DNA of 64,000 nucleotides from Hormiphora californensis (Eukaryota; Animalia; Ctenophora): positions 1,364,001-1,428,000 of the forward strand of contig CM035355.1 of NCBI GenBank assembly GCA_020137815.1, given 5' to 3'. The notes below the pieces were generated by a model. It saw only the letters and a list, made by a program, of their open reading frames with translations. It was not told the DNA's origin and ran no database searches. This document shows positions 12,895 to 25,300 of the stretch, piece by piece; the stretch's first letter is position 1, and every line of letters begins with the position of its first letter. The position numbers and the translations under genes are program-made.

Positions 12895-15156
12895 ATGATG
12901 AAGTTTACAGATAGTTTCCTTGGTAACGACCTGATCCAGAAGCAGATTGAATTCCTGAAATACGGGATCCCTGCCTGGCTGTTGGCGGTTATACAAGTTG
13001 GCCTAGCCTTTACCACCCTGATCTTTGCTGGCCATGAGAGCTCTGAAACGTTGGCGGGGGTGGGACTAGGGAACACGATGTACAACGTCTTACTCTGGTC
13101 CATCCTCTGGGGCTTCACTTCATCCTTCGACACCTTCGGTCCCCAGGTATACAGTGTCCTGGAGAAGAGGTCCCAGTTGGGATCTGTGGCCCTCAAGATC
13201 ATCCTCCAGGGGATTCTTATCTTCATCGTGATACTGGGAGTCTTCCTGAACAGCAAGTTCCTCGTGGATGTGGTCAGTGAGTCCAATGATGATAAACCAG
13301 ATCAGGAGATGGATCTCCAGCTGTCTACCGAGATCACTATCGTCTACATGAGATGGATCTGTATAGTTCCCCTCTTAGATTTCTTTATCATGGTCATCTC
13401 AAAGTACCTCACCATCCAGAACTTCATCCTAGAGGTTTATGTGGTATCTATAACCATGCTGATCCTCCATGTGGTCTTTAATCTGGTCCTAGTGACATGG
13501 GGTGGATATGGGCTGAAGGGTCTGGTTGGAGCTGCCCTAATGACCCGTCTCGTTATCTTCTCTCTTCTCCTTCTTTATTGCTGGTGTGTAAAGGACCGCC
13601 TCGCGTGGGCAGGATATCATCCTGATGTGTGTAGGAACTGGGGCGAAACTTTCAAACTCGGAATATCAGGTATTAGTTAGGATATTAGTTCCCCTCAAGC
13701 CCCTTATAACTAAGTGATGTCATACAACTTGTGAACATATGTGATCATGGTGTTACGCCTCATGAATCGACGGCTTTTACCGAGTGAAATTGTATTCGCA
13801 CTAGATTAAAGCTAACGTATGCATAGCTTAGGTAGCATCAATTGCAATTTGAAACTTTAATAACTTCCTTCTGCAGGTGCGGTTAACATGTTTGTAGAGT
13901 TGGGAATGTTCGAGATCGCCACCTTCCTCAGCGGGTTTGGGGGAGCGGAGCAGCTGGCGACTGTTGTTATTATATTTCAGTTCATCTGCTGTTTCTATAC
14001 CGTGCCAATGGGCTTTGCTACTTCTACAACCATCCTTGTCGGTAGGTTATGGTGTAGTTCGTCGCCTCTTATGGTGTATGTAGTTTAATTGCACTCACTC
14101 AAGCCATGATAGATTTAAGTTTCTCACACTGTCTCTCACGCTACCAAAAAGCAATTAAAATCAATATGATATCATAAAATTAATGTGATATGATTCGTGC
14201 AATCGCTACAACTTTCTGATCGTCTCGAGGTCTACCATTTCATTGTTATATTGCGAACTCACAATTTCCGAATGACTTGGAACAGTAAACACTGAACAGC
14301 ACATGTGTTTATGTAAGCCACTTCACATTTCATATTATCATTTTGTCCCCTATATATATATGTCCCATATATATGTCCCGTGCCGCACAGACAATGTCTA
14401 TCATTTCATATTATCATTATGTCCCTTATAAAATGTCCCTCATAGATTTATCCAAAGTTATATTCGGATGAATTCCACAGTGTTTATTTTAACATTTTAT
14501 ATTTTACAGGAAAGGCCCTGGGAGAGGAGAATGTCACAGAAGTAAAGAAATACTGCTACATTGCAGTGTTCAACACTCTCATCGCATCTCTCGGTCTGGC
14601 GTCAATATTCTACATCTTCCGAGAACCTTTCGGAGGGATGTTCACCTCCGAACCTCTGGTTATGGAATACTTCACCTCCATAGTCTGGGTCTATTTCCTC
14701 CTCATGCCTTTTGATCACCTTCAGACCGTTCTATCTCGAGGCATCCTCATCTCCTTTGGACACCAGAGGTTTATTGCAGCCTCTCTCGCATTCGCGTGCT
14801 ACATGGTGGGCACTCCACTAATAGTGATCTTCACTTTCGAAACAGATATAGGACCAATAGGAATCCTGTACTCCTTTCTCTCCTTTGCTGTTCTCAACTT
14901 CATCATAAGCGCCGCCAAGATATGTAGCCTGGACTTGAAGAGGGAGGTGGAGCGGGCCGCTTGGAGGGCTGATGAGACCACACACCTGGCTGATAGCCCG
15001 ACTGACTCGAACAAGAGTTTTGAAAATGGGTATACCGACGAACTGACACCGCTGACTGGCAGCAAATCCTTCATGAACCCAGTGAGGGTGTGTCTTACTT
15101 TTGGACTAGCCATTGTTTTACTCGTTATTTTGGCTACCATATCATTTATCCTTTAG
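12895..15156 (+). CDS. MATE family (SLC47-like) multidrug/toxin extrusion transporter; exons 12895-13669, 13877-14041, 14510-15156
   Basis: FAGH..SETLAGVGLG, FDTFGPQVY, ELGMFEI, LVGKALGEEN and FDHLQTVLSRGIL motifs; about 12 TM segments plus an extra C-terminal TM; consistent splice phases. Confidence 0.92.
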
Positions 15157-15615
15157 TGCGGTCTACATTTTTCTGTTGTCATGTTTGTTTACAAGTGAAA
15201 GTGTTTGTGTAAAATGAGCCTAATAATTGTGTGTATTGTATTGCATTCCCCTATCACATATATTATAATTTCACATCTTTTATTTTTGCATCAAAACTGT
15301 CTTTTTACTTGTTGAAAAGAGTAAATTAATCGGCAGCTATGCGACGGAACTCGCAATCACTAAACTCTATCATGTACCACATCTGTCAAAATCAGGCACC
15401 ATGATACTCATTGATTGAAGGTAGAGAGAAGTTGATCTAACAAATAGTGCTTACAAAATCATTAATCATACAAGAAAACATATATGAGCAAAATATAAAA
15501 TATTTTACAGTAATAAAATGTACGAAACAAAAATTAATGTTAATTCTAGGTTGTCCATGAACACCTGGATACCCATCCGGAGCTGCCCCTGTGTACAAGA
15601 TCCTCAGAAGATATC

Positions 15616-17737
15616 TTAAGGTTTAACGTAGATGTAGAAACATGGTGTTCCTGCAAAGAACGGAATCACTACAGCACCTCTGTAACGTTTCGGATGGAAA
15701 TGATAACCCTTTGCTGGTTCAAGTGTTATGCACCTCACTATGGAACTGTTAACATCATCAATCATATCTTCATGATACCTCACTTTAAATCCGCAGCGTG
15801 TTCCCTGATTACAGACCGGCCAATTTTTTAAAAGTTCGTGTGGAATAATTTCAGAATTTCCACAAGCCCACTGCCAGTCGTCACTAAACCACTCATCCGG
15901 TGCACACATGTCATTGGGAAGGTTTATTTGAAACCATTCCCGCAGTAACCATTCCTGATAAGGTGCAGTTCCCCAGCCTCGTTCTCTCTTGACTGCATCA
16001 ATTCGCAGTACGGGATCTCGAACAGAGGAAATATTGATAGCATGGTGTATCAGCTCACATAAAAAGTTAACAAAGTTATAGAACTTAGTGCTATTGTCGA
16101 CTAAATAAGAAAATCGTTCTTCATCTGTTTCACCAGGAATTTTTTTCTTATACTCAAAATAATACACTTCAACGTTATCGCCAGTTGCTGCGAGACATGA
16201 TTTTCTGAAATTCAATAACCACTGAAAATCATCCCGAGTTAACAACGGATGGCTATCTAGAATATTAGTGTAGTACAGGTCAAATTTTCTCAAGTCAGAA
16301 GTAGCAAGACTGTCGAGACAAGAATTCTCCAGTAGAAATTTGAGATTGTCCGACAGGCGAAAGCTTCCTTCTGATATTTCCAGGCTGATTTCATCAAACA
16401 AAGGGGTGAGCAGGATACAGCCGGCACCGTCACACTCAGAACACACTAGCAGAACTTTTAGTTCAATCTGGGAGAGACTCCGGTACCGCTGACAGAGTAG
16501 CTCAACAAAGGCAGATCGGGCATCCAGTTCGTAAACCCGTTTTGTTATAAAGTTGAGGGGTCTCATATTTGTTATAAAGTTGAGGGGTCTCATATCAGAG
16601 AACTTGTTCCATATAAAAGATGCCTCCTTCAACCAAAAGTCAAAACCCAACTGTATCAGAAGTAACATTTTCAATAGCTAAGACTTGTTGCTCAAACCAA
16701 TCATAGCAGCAATCACTGGCCCATTGAATTTCCAAATGGAGGGATAATTTCAGAATGTCTCGGAAGTATTCTTGAGTTATTTGGGGTCTCCGTTCCTCTA
16801 AGTAAATTGCCTCAATCAGAGATCGAACAGCCAGATCATGGTACTCTGAAAGATCATAGCCAGCATTTTCATTTTTCACTCCCTTTGCAAAACGGTAGAA
16901 AACCCGACTAACACCAGCTAAATCGACCGTTTCGACTAGCATTTCATCTCCGGAGTTGAGGAACAGTGTAAAAAAAGGAACTGTTTGAAACTCCAGTTCA
17001 AGTTGTCGACGGGTTTGAACAGGGGGATCTTCAGCTGGAGGATTATCTCTCGAGGAGGGACCTTGTTCTTCAGCTGGAGGATTATCTCTCGAGGAGGGAC
17101 CTTGTTCTTCAGCTGGAGGATTATCTCTCGAGGAGGGACCTTGTTCTTCAGCTGGAGGATTATCTCTCGAGGAGGGACCTTGTTCTTCAGCTGGAGGATT
17201 ATCTCTCGAGGAGGGACCTTGTTCTTCAGCTGGAGGATTATCTCTCGAGGAGGGACCTTGTTCTTCAGCTGGAGGATTATCTCTCGAGGAGGGACCTTGT
17301 TCTTCAGCTGGAGGATTATCTCTCGAGGAGGGACCTTGTTCTTCAGCTGGAGGATTATCTCTCGAGGAGGGACCTTGTTCTTCAGCTGGAGGATTATCTC
17401 TCGAGGAGGGACCTTGTTCTTCAGCTGGAGGATTATCTCTCGAGGAGGGACCTTGTTCTTCAGCTGGAGGATTATCTCTCGAGGAGGGACCTTGTTCTTC
17501 AGCTGGAGGATTATCTCTCGAGGAGGGACCTTGTTCTTCAGCTGGAGGATTATCTCTCGAGGAGGGACCTTGTTCTTCAGCTGGAGGATTATCTCTCGAG
17601 GAGGGACCTTGTTCTTCAGCTGGAGGATTATCTCTCGAGGAGGGACCTTGTTCTTCAGCTGGAGGATTATCTCTCGAGGAGGGACCTTGTTCTTCAGCTG
17701 GAGGATCCCTTCCCCTCCTCGATGCAACTCCTCCCAT
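15616..17737 (-). CDS. Intronless BTB/POZ-like protein with N-terminal 13-aa tandem repeat; one frameshift near 16645
   Basis: Starts MGGVASRR after an AG acceptor. BTB-like segment DLAGVSRVF..YDLSEY..AVRSLIEAIY..FRDILKLSLHLEIQWASDCC. The two ORFs join by removing one base in GGGTTTTGAC. Confidence 0.65.
17028..17706. repeat. Perfect 39-bp coding minisatellite, about 17 copies (DNPPAEEQGPSSR)
   Basis: Unit CTTCAGCTGGAGGATTATCTCTCGAGGAGGGACCTTGTT. Confidence 0.98.
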
Positions 17738-17896
17738 ACTGTATCCTAAAGTAGGAGAGAGGGGTAACGTGTATCTACACAATATGTATTATGTGAACAG
17801 GAGAGAGGGGTAACATGCATTATTGGAGAGACAAAAACCAAAACTTTTCAGATTAAAACTTCAATATATATCAGGTGTGGGCGTGATTACGATATA

Positions 17897-18757
17897 CAGT
17901 CGGACCCCGATTTAACGGCCCCCGATTTAGCGGCACCCCGATTTAACGGCAGAATAAATTTCCCCCAACAATTTTTTGAAAATTTTTTTGCAAATTTTTT
18001 GAAATTTTTTCAAATGTGTTTCAACCACGTCCGAATCGTGTTTCGAATCGGTGCATCTTATTGCATGTCTTACCCGTAATTAGACGGTTCGAAACAAACA
18101 GATATGTGATCCCCATGAGGCCCATCGAGTCGCAATTTTGACGCTTGTTAAACTGGCCCCATGGGGATCACGTATCGGTTCGTTTCGAACCGTCTAATTA
18201 GCGACAGGACGTGCGATAAGATGCACTGATTCGAAACACGATTCGGACGTGGTTGATATATCTTTGAAAAATTTTCATAACTTTTTTTTTGAAAATTTTA
18301 CAGAATGATTGTCAATGCTTTGATCGGTGCTCTCCATGAATTTTCAGAAAAAAAGATATTTTGAAATTCGATTTCTTCTCACCCTGCTTAAAGTGCCCCG
18401 ATTCGGCATGGTATCACGTATCGGTTCATTTCGAACCGTCTAATTAGCAGCAAGACATGCGATAAGATGCACTTATTCGATATATACGATTCGGACGTGG
18501 TTGATATACCAGTACACGTACCTTAGAAAACTTTTATAACTTTTTTAAAATTTTTTAAATTATTTTCTTTTCTAATCAGAAATGATCATATAATAAATAC
18601 ATGGACATTGCATTTACTTAGAGGTGTTTTAGTATAGTATTTTGGACAAAAATAGGGTTTTATGGGCCAAATATGCTCTACCCCGATTTAACGGACACCC
18701 CGATTTAACGGACAAAACCCTTTCCCCCGAGGGTGCCGTTAAATCGGGGTCCGACTG
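17897..18757. mobile_element. pogo/Tigger-like MITE, TA TSD
   Basis: TA|CAGTCGGACCCCGATTTAACGGC ... GCCGTTAAATCGGGGTCCGACTG|TA with repeated CCCCGATTTAACGG motifs. Confidence 0.9.
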
Positions 18758-18759
18758 TA

Positions 18760-19233
18760 CCTTACTCTCATTTTTTAAGAAACGCTTTAGTAAGAAAATT
18801 TTTATAAGAAACTTTTCAAATGTGAATCACATAATTCAGAGACACCACAACAAAATAGAACACCCCTAAAGGAAAACCCAAGCAACAATAGCCCTCACTT
18901 GGGTTTTGTGAAATTTCCCACGATCATTGCTCCACCCCCTGATGAGATAGAGACTTGAAATTTTGTAGTGAGGTAGAACTCGACATGATCTATCCAACTA
19001 CAAAATTTCAAGTCTCTATCTCATCAGGGGGTGGAGCAATGACCGTGGGAAATTTCACAAAACCCAAGTGAGGGCTATAATTGTTGCTTGGGTTTTCCTT
19101 TAACTTGTTTAGTTTCTTGATAAAGGAGAAATTCTTTTTGTTTTTGGATTGTTTACACCTGTAGTTTCCCAGAAAAAAAGTTTCTTATTTAAAAGTTTCT
19201 TGAAATATGCGAGCTTAATTAACGAGAGTAAGG
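18760..19233. mobile_element. Older TA-flanked MITE abutting the previous one
   Basis: CCTTACTCTC ... GAGAGTAAGG imperfect TIRs. Confidence 0.55.
18870..19099. mobile_element. 230-bp palindromic MITE (Kolobok/piggyBac-type target) nested in the previous element
   Basis: ~100-bp near-perfect arms AGGAAAACCCAAGCAAC.../...GTTGCTTGGGTTTTCCT; flanks CTAA and TTAA. Confidence 0.8.
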
Positions 19234-19444
19234 TATACACTCCTTGAGGCCTGTTAACACTTATAAACAGGTGCACGATGCCAAAAAGTACCCTGCACTA
19301 AAATGGCTAATATGGCCCTAACAACCAAACCATTCAGCAGATACGACACGCAGTATGCAGTTCACACCGACCCTTCCATCTAGAACACCTGGGCACCAGC
19401 TGATATCAGGGTCCAAAACCGCAAGACCGTAATAGTCCTTTTTA

Positions 19445-21182
19445 TCAACAGTTTAACTTAGGATTTTCTTTCCCCACTTTAAATCCTTCATCCTCTTGTT
19501 CCCAAAGTTTCCTCCTAGCTGCAGCGAAGGGTCTCTTGCTGGAACAGGGCCAATTTGAGCTCACTATCTTGCTCCAATGATTCCTTGCCACAGTTGCCAG
19601 CGTCCCATCATTTGCTATCACGACATTCTCTTTGCATTTTTCATCCTCTTTTGCAATTTCCTCTTTAGTCCTTTCACTCTCTGCTTTCAAAGCTGCCATT
19701 AATTTACAGCTAGTTTCTGCACCAGTGTTCGACTCAACTGTCTCAGCTAGCAATGCTAGGGTATCAACTCCGCATAAGGTGAAGTTAAAGTTCTCAAGCC
19801 AGTATTGAAGAAGTGGTATCGAGTAATAGAGCAAAGCCAGAGATTGTTGTATGAACTGATTAACAAGGTTGAATTCTAACTGCAATTACCATAACCAGAT
19901 CCAAATGGGATCGCTTTGTTGTTTCTGCTAGTAACTGAGAGAGCCTGAACACAAACTTAATTTCGCTTTTCGGGACACAGGAAAGAAGACAGTCCAATAA
20001 ACGTATATCTGAGTACTTGACCGCTGAGTCCAGTGCGAGAATAGCGTAGTTCCAGTAGGCATCAAAATCGTCACATGGCTTAGGCAAGGTTCTTTTGTAG
20101 AACTGAAGACATCCATCTTTTGCCCAATCTGTTTTGAACACAGCAACTATCTTCACAAAGTCGCTGAAAACTTTAAACTCGGTGATATCCGATAGCATTT
20201 CCAAGGTTCCTGTATAACATGCATCAGCAAATATTCTAACCGACTCCGACTCGAAGTCAGACATATCATGATCTAATTCACCATCTTTCTCAACAAGATT
20301 CGACAGAACGGGGGAGTTGTATGCTAAGACCACGGAGTTTAGTGACATTTTAGTATCGTCTTGTAGAGAAAAGACGGCGTTCCCATGAAATGGAATAGAC
20401 AACTTTTCCTTACCAAAATCAATCCTCTTTGAAACCGCTTCCTCGCACGAAAATGGTTGATCGTGTATCAAGAATGTGACCACTGATGAGCCGCTAATTT
20501 CCTCCTCAAAAACAATCTCCTCACCCAAGTTTCCTGATCTTGTTTCCACAGAAGCTGGCCCTCGAATTGTGATTATAACCGCTCCAGCTGGAAGATTTGA
20601 CTCTAGTTGACCATTTGAGTCACGTTTCTTTACTACAAACTTTAGACAATTTTTACCATTGCCAGTTTTCTGACCTTCTGTGATCCAAGTTGTATGGTCA
20701 GTTTGGTGACTGCTGGTTATAAATGAAGCACCGAGGAAATCCTTCGCCATTCGGTCGAAAGTTACCAGATTTGAATTAATTTGAGCTACGGTGGGTGTTC
20801 CAAGGTAGCTTTCCTTAATCGCGATCTTAGCTTCAATCGTAAAGCGGTCCAATTGGGCTAGCTCTTCCAAAGACTCGAATTTACATTTGCCATGTGCTTT
20901 AATATTGGTATTTGAAAACTTTCTTTGATGCACAGATGTTGGAAGCAGTCCATTCGTTGGGGGCAGTCCATCCACTATGAGAGTTAATGTATATGATGCC
21001 ATACACATCCACTCCTTTGTTGATTGTATAGGTTGACAGCGAAGGAATACGCCCATATGTTCGTTACGTCTTTCCAGCTTAACTTTCCAAGCAAACCCTT
21101 GAAATGTGAAGGGTTTACTGTTTGCTGGAAACGTCAGTGAAGAAAACACAAAATCCCATTTGAATGTTGTTGAAGCTGCCAT
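19445..21182 (-). CDS. Intronless MATH + BTB protein with an intervening Ig/filamin-like segment; one frameshift near 19878
   Basis: MATH: FTFQGFAWKVKL..HMGVFLRC..EWMCMASYTLTLI. BTB: SLNSVVLAYNSPVL..DMSDFESESVRIFADACYTG. ORFs join by deleting one base. Confidence 0.8.
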
Positions 21183-21576
21183 GGTATGGTTAGAGCGGAG
21201 AAAGAAAAGGGTACAAATTTACAAGTCTTCAAAAAGTGTAACACTGTAACAGGAAGCAGTTATTATCTCTCCTTTTTATCTTCCGGTATATCACATGTCA
21301 CCAGGTGTAGGTAGTCAATTTTACATGGGACGCCACACTGTGCACACGTATAACAGGCCTGGCAGGGAATAACAAAAAAGTGTGAGGAAATTTTGTTCGC
21401 CTGTCTATCAATCCATGCACTAATAATAATATTAATTGTCCTGGTGTGTACCTATAGGAAAGGTAAAATTCACTTTCCAATGCACAGTGCACCGGGAATG
21501 AATTCTATCTCATAAGGCATCAGAGATATTGCAGAAATAAACTCAGAAATGTTCAGGTCATGCGCATTCATGTCAC

Positions 21577-22338
21577 CTTGGTATCTTGGTATCTTGGTAT
21601 TGTCTTTGTGTAGATCCTACACCGGTGTCAGTTCCTTACAGAGCCTCCCCCTCCCTGGAAACATTCCGTATCCAGTCCAATATTGAATTGTTGTTCTGTT
21701 TTTGGTATCCGAGTACCGGGGAACGATCCGGGAATCTCTTCAGCCATTTCCCCAGAAGTATCTTGAATGAGTCCAAATCTTCCGCTGAGTTCACTTCGCT
21801 GGGGAGGGTATTCCATAACCGGGTCGCTCTACTTGAAAACGAGTTGTGGTGCTTCGTCTGGACCGATTTCTGGGTGTTTGTGGGGCATTTAGGGATCTCT
21901 GCCTTTTTTCCAAGTCGGGTATGGTTGTAAAAGCGAATGCCAATATTGTTGGGGGCTTTTTCATTGGCCATTTTCCACATCATGACAATGGTATAGCGCT
22001 CCCGGCGGCGTTGAAGGGAGAGGATGTTTAGGGTTTTCAAACGCTCCCAGTAGTTTACGTTTCCCATTCCAGTGATCCGACGATCCGTTTTGTAAACTTC
22101 CTTTGAATCGCTTCAACATTCTGGATATTCGAGATTTTTGGTGAGTCCCAGAGTGGGCAGCAGTATTCTAATTTGCTGCGAATAAGACTTTTGTAAAGGA
22201 TAGTCATTGTCCTTTTGTCTCTTGTTTTGAAGGCTCTTAAAACCCAAGCACTCATTTTTCGGGCATCCGACGTCATTTTTCCTATTTGGTTTTCCCAAGA
22301 AAGGTCGTTTGACAGCTGAACTCCTAAGTCACGGACAC
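21577..22338 (-). mobile_element. 5'-truncated CR1/L2-like LINE (3' end of ORF2), related to but distinct from the adjacent element
   Basis: LYKSLIRSKLEYCCPLW, YWERLKTLNILSLQRRRERY, RLWNTLP; short tandem tail (CTTGGTAT)n; frameshift from an 8-bp duplication. Confidence 0.9.
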
Positions 22339-22397
22339 TTGATAAATAAACTTGATAAATAAACTTTATTACAGAATCGTAACCGGCGTCAGTCTTT

Positions 22398-25300
22398 TCA
22401 GCATCCCCCTTTAGCTCGAACCTCCAAAACCCAGTCCATGATAGAATTGTTGTTCCGGGTAGAATAACCCTTCACAGGTGGATTGTCAGGGAAGTGGTCC
22501 AGCCAACGGCCCAGCAGGATCTTGAACGTATCTAAGGTCACTGCTGTATTAACCTCTTTCGGCAATGTGTTCCATAGCCGAGCGGCCCTTACAGTAAAAG
22601 AGTGGAAGTATTTTGTTGAGAATGACTTCTGTGCTCCACTGTAAAGAGTAGGTACTTCGGCTCGGATGCCGAGCCGTTGATGATGGTAAAACCGGGTATT
22701 CGTGCTGTTAGGGGCTGCACCGTTATGGATTTTCCACATTTGTATTATCGAGTATCGCTCCCTCCGTCGTTGTAATGACATCAGTCTAAGCTTTTTCAGC
22801 CGTTCCCAATAGTCAAGTTGTGCCATGTCTTCGATCCTTCGGGTAAACTGTCTCTGGATACTCTCCAGCGCCTGGATGTCACCAATCTTGTAGGGCGACC
22901 ATAAAGGTGAGCAGTATTCTACTTTACACCTTATTAGTGACTTGTAGAGTGTCAGCATAGTGGTTACTGACCTATCTTTAAAAGCTCTCAGTGCCCAGGC
23001 GGCCATCCTTCGTGCTTCTGATGAGATCCTCATGACATGGTCTGTCCAAGAGCCATTGTTTGATAGAGTGATGCCAAGGTCTTTCACTGTATCCGTTGGC
23101 TGTATTTCATTTCCACCTGGAGTCTCATATGAGCTAAGGTCATGGGTGAAAGGCAGTTCTCTGAGAAGGGATGTTCTGTTCAGAGTATAGTGAATAACCT
23201 CAAACTTGTCCTCATGAAGTGTCATACAGTTGGCTGCAGACCACTCCACCACACGCTGGAGATCCTCTTGCATTTCTGCTCCTGATTCTTCCGAGTCGAC
23301 ACTCTTTTGGAGCTTGGTATCATCCGCAAAGGTTCTGATTTTGCTGTGGATTACTTGGCTTTGGAGATCAGCTACGTAGATGATAAAGAGGATTGGTCCG
23401 AGTACGGTCCCTTGAGGGACTCCACTTTTGACCAGCTCGAAGTTCGATTTTTCACCGTCAACAGTAACTGTTTGGTACCGACCAGAAAGGAAGTCTTTTA
23501 TCCAATTTAGTACTTTCCCTTTGATGCCTAGCTTTTCCAGCTTGGCAAGAAGAATAGCATGGTTGACACGGTCAAAGGCTTTGGAATAGTCCAAATAGAT
23601 TACATCGACTTCGTTCCCGCTGTTTAGCTCTCGAAAGATTCCGTCCATGTGATCAAGTAACTGTGTGAGACAGCTTCGTTGCTTCCTAAACCCGTGTTGG
23701 CTATCTGGTAGAAGATTGTTACTTTCAAGGTGATCCACCAACTTGTTTCGTACAACTCGTTCAAATGTTTTTAGCAAGTTAGAAGTCAGTGAAACAGGGC
23801 GGTAGTTAACAGCAAGAGTTTTGTCACCACGCTTGAAGATTGGTGTGATGTACTGCTTTTTCAGGTTTGGGGGTGTTATTCCTTCTTCGAAGGACCGCTC
23901 CCAAAGAAGAAAGAGTGGTACAGCAAGAGTGGCTTTACAAGCACTGAGAATTTTAGCAGGGATGTCACCATCTGGTCCGGCAGAAGCAGGATCAAGTTCT
24001 GAGAGGGCTCCTTTAATGTCATCAGACGTAAATGTGAAATCCTCCAAAATCGCACTGCTATCCTCAACCCAAGAAAGACTTTTCAGCAAGTCTCCACCGT
24101 CTGGATCACTGAAAGCACGGCAGTACTGTTTTTGCAGGAGTTCCGCTTTTTCAGTGTTGTCTGTGGTGAGTGTTCCATCATCACGTTTGAGAGGGGCAAT
24201 GTTCGATTTAACTTTTGATAGTCGTTTTGCGTAGGAAAAGAAATATCGTGGGTTGACCTTGATCGTATCAACAGCGCTGTGTTCCTTCTTCTCGATTGAT
24301 TCATCCACAGAGTGTTTTATCTTCTCCTCAAGTATTGTGAGCTCGTTTTCGAGTGCTTCGATTTTGGAGATGTTAACATTGACAGAAGAGATTGCTTCCA
24401 GTCTTGTTTTTAGTTTCCGCCTTCTCCTTTTCAGTGGTTCCAGGGGGCTGAATTTCCTCCGCTGAACCTTCTGAGGTGTGTGTTTGATGGTGATTTGCAA
24501 AACAGTTAGAATGAAAAGTTCTTTGAATTTGTCACCAACAGGGTCTCCAGATTCCTCACATAATGCCTGCAGTTCGTCCCAATCAACAGAAGCAATGTCT
24601 ACATTCATATCTTCAAAGTTGGCTTTCTGAATGTCCAACCCTCGGAAACTCGTGTGGTCCCACTTTTTGATGGTGTCTGCTGTTTCCATAAGGGGGTTTA
24701 TCACCAGAGTACAGTTAACTATCCGGTGGTCAGAAATCTTTGTCTCTTCGGTTGTCACAGTTGATACGTATTGGGGTGAGTTGGTCATTATAACATCCAG
24801 AGTATTACTTCCTCTGGTTGGTTTGTCTACGACCTGAGTTAGGAAATTTTCCTCAATGAAGTTCACAGTGCGTTGATAAGCCGCTATGTTAGCAGCAGCT
24901 GACGGCAGGGATTCTTCTTTCCAGTTGAACAACGGCAAGTTTAGATCGCCCATGATAAACATTTCAGGGCTCCTTTCATTGGACAGGAGATCGATTTTAT
25001 CTTGGAGATCATTCATAACTGTGATGAAGGACTGGTCAGATGAATCGGGGGGACGGTAGACACATGAAAACAACATGTTTTTAGCTTTACTAAAAGCCAA
25101 TACCAGACTGCATTCCCGGTCACTGAATGAGTATGCGTAGCTGATTGGGATGTCCTCACGAATGTACAAAACACAACCTCCTCCTTTCCGATCAGGACGG
25201 TCAGAACGGAAGGTGCTGTATCCTTGCATTTTGATTTGGGCATCTGCAATGTAGTTTTTCAACCATGACTCCGTTATTGCAAGGGCAACTGTCGGCGGGG

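Noticed and set aside
16640-16660. Programmed frameshift at GGGTTTT in the BTB gene
   Set aside because: The heptamer is not in X XXY YYZ register and repair needs a +1 shift; an insertion error or mutation is more likely
17028-17706. CRISPR-like array
   Set aside because: Units are contiguous and identical with no spacers; eukaryotic coding minisatellite
16936-17749. Overlapping 263-aa and 254-aa ORFs
   Set aside because: By-products of a 39-bp repeat that lacks stops in several frames
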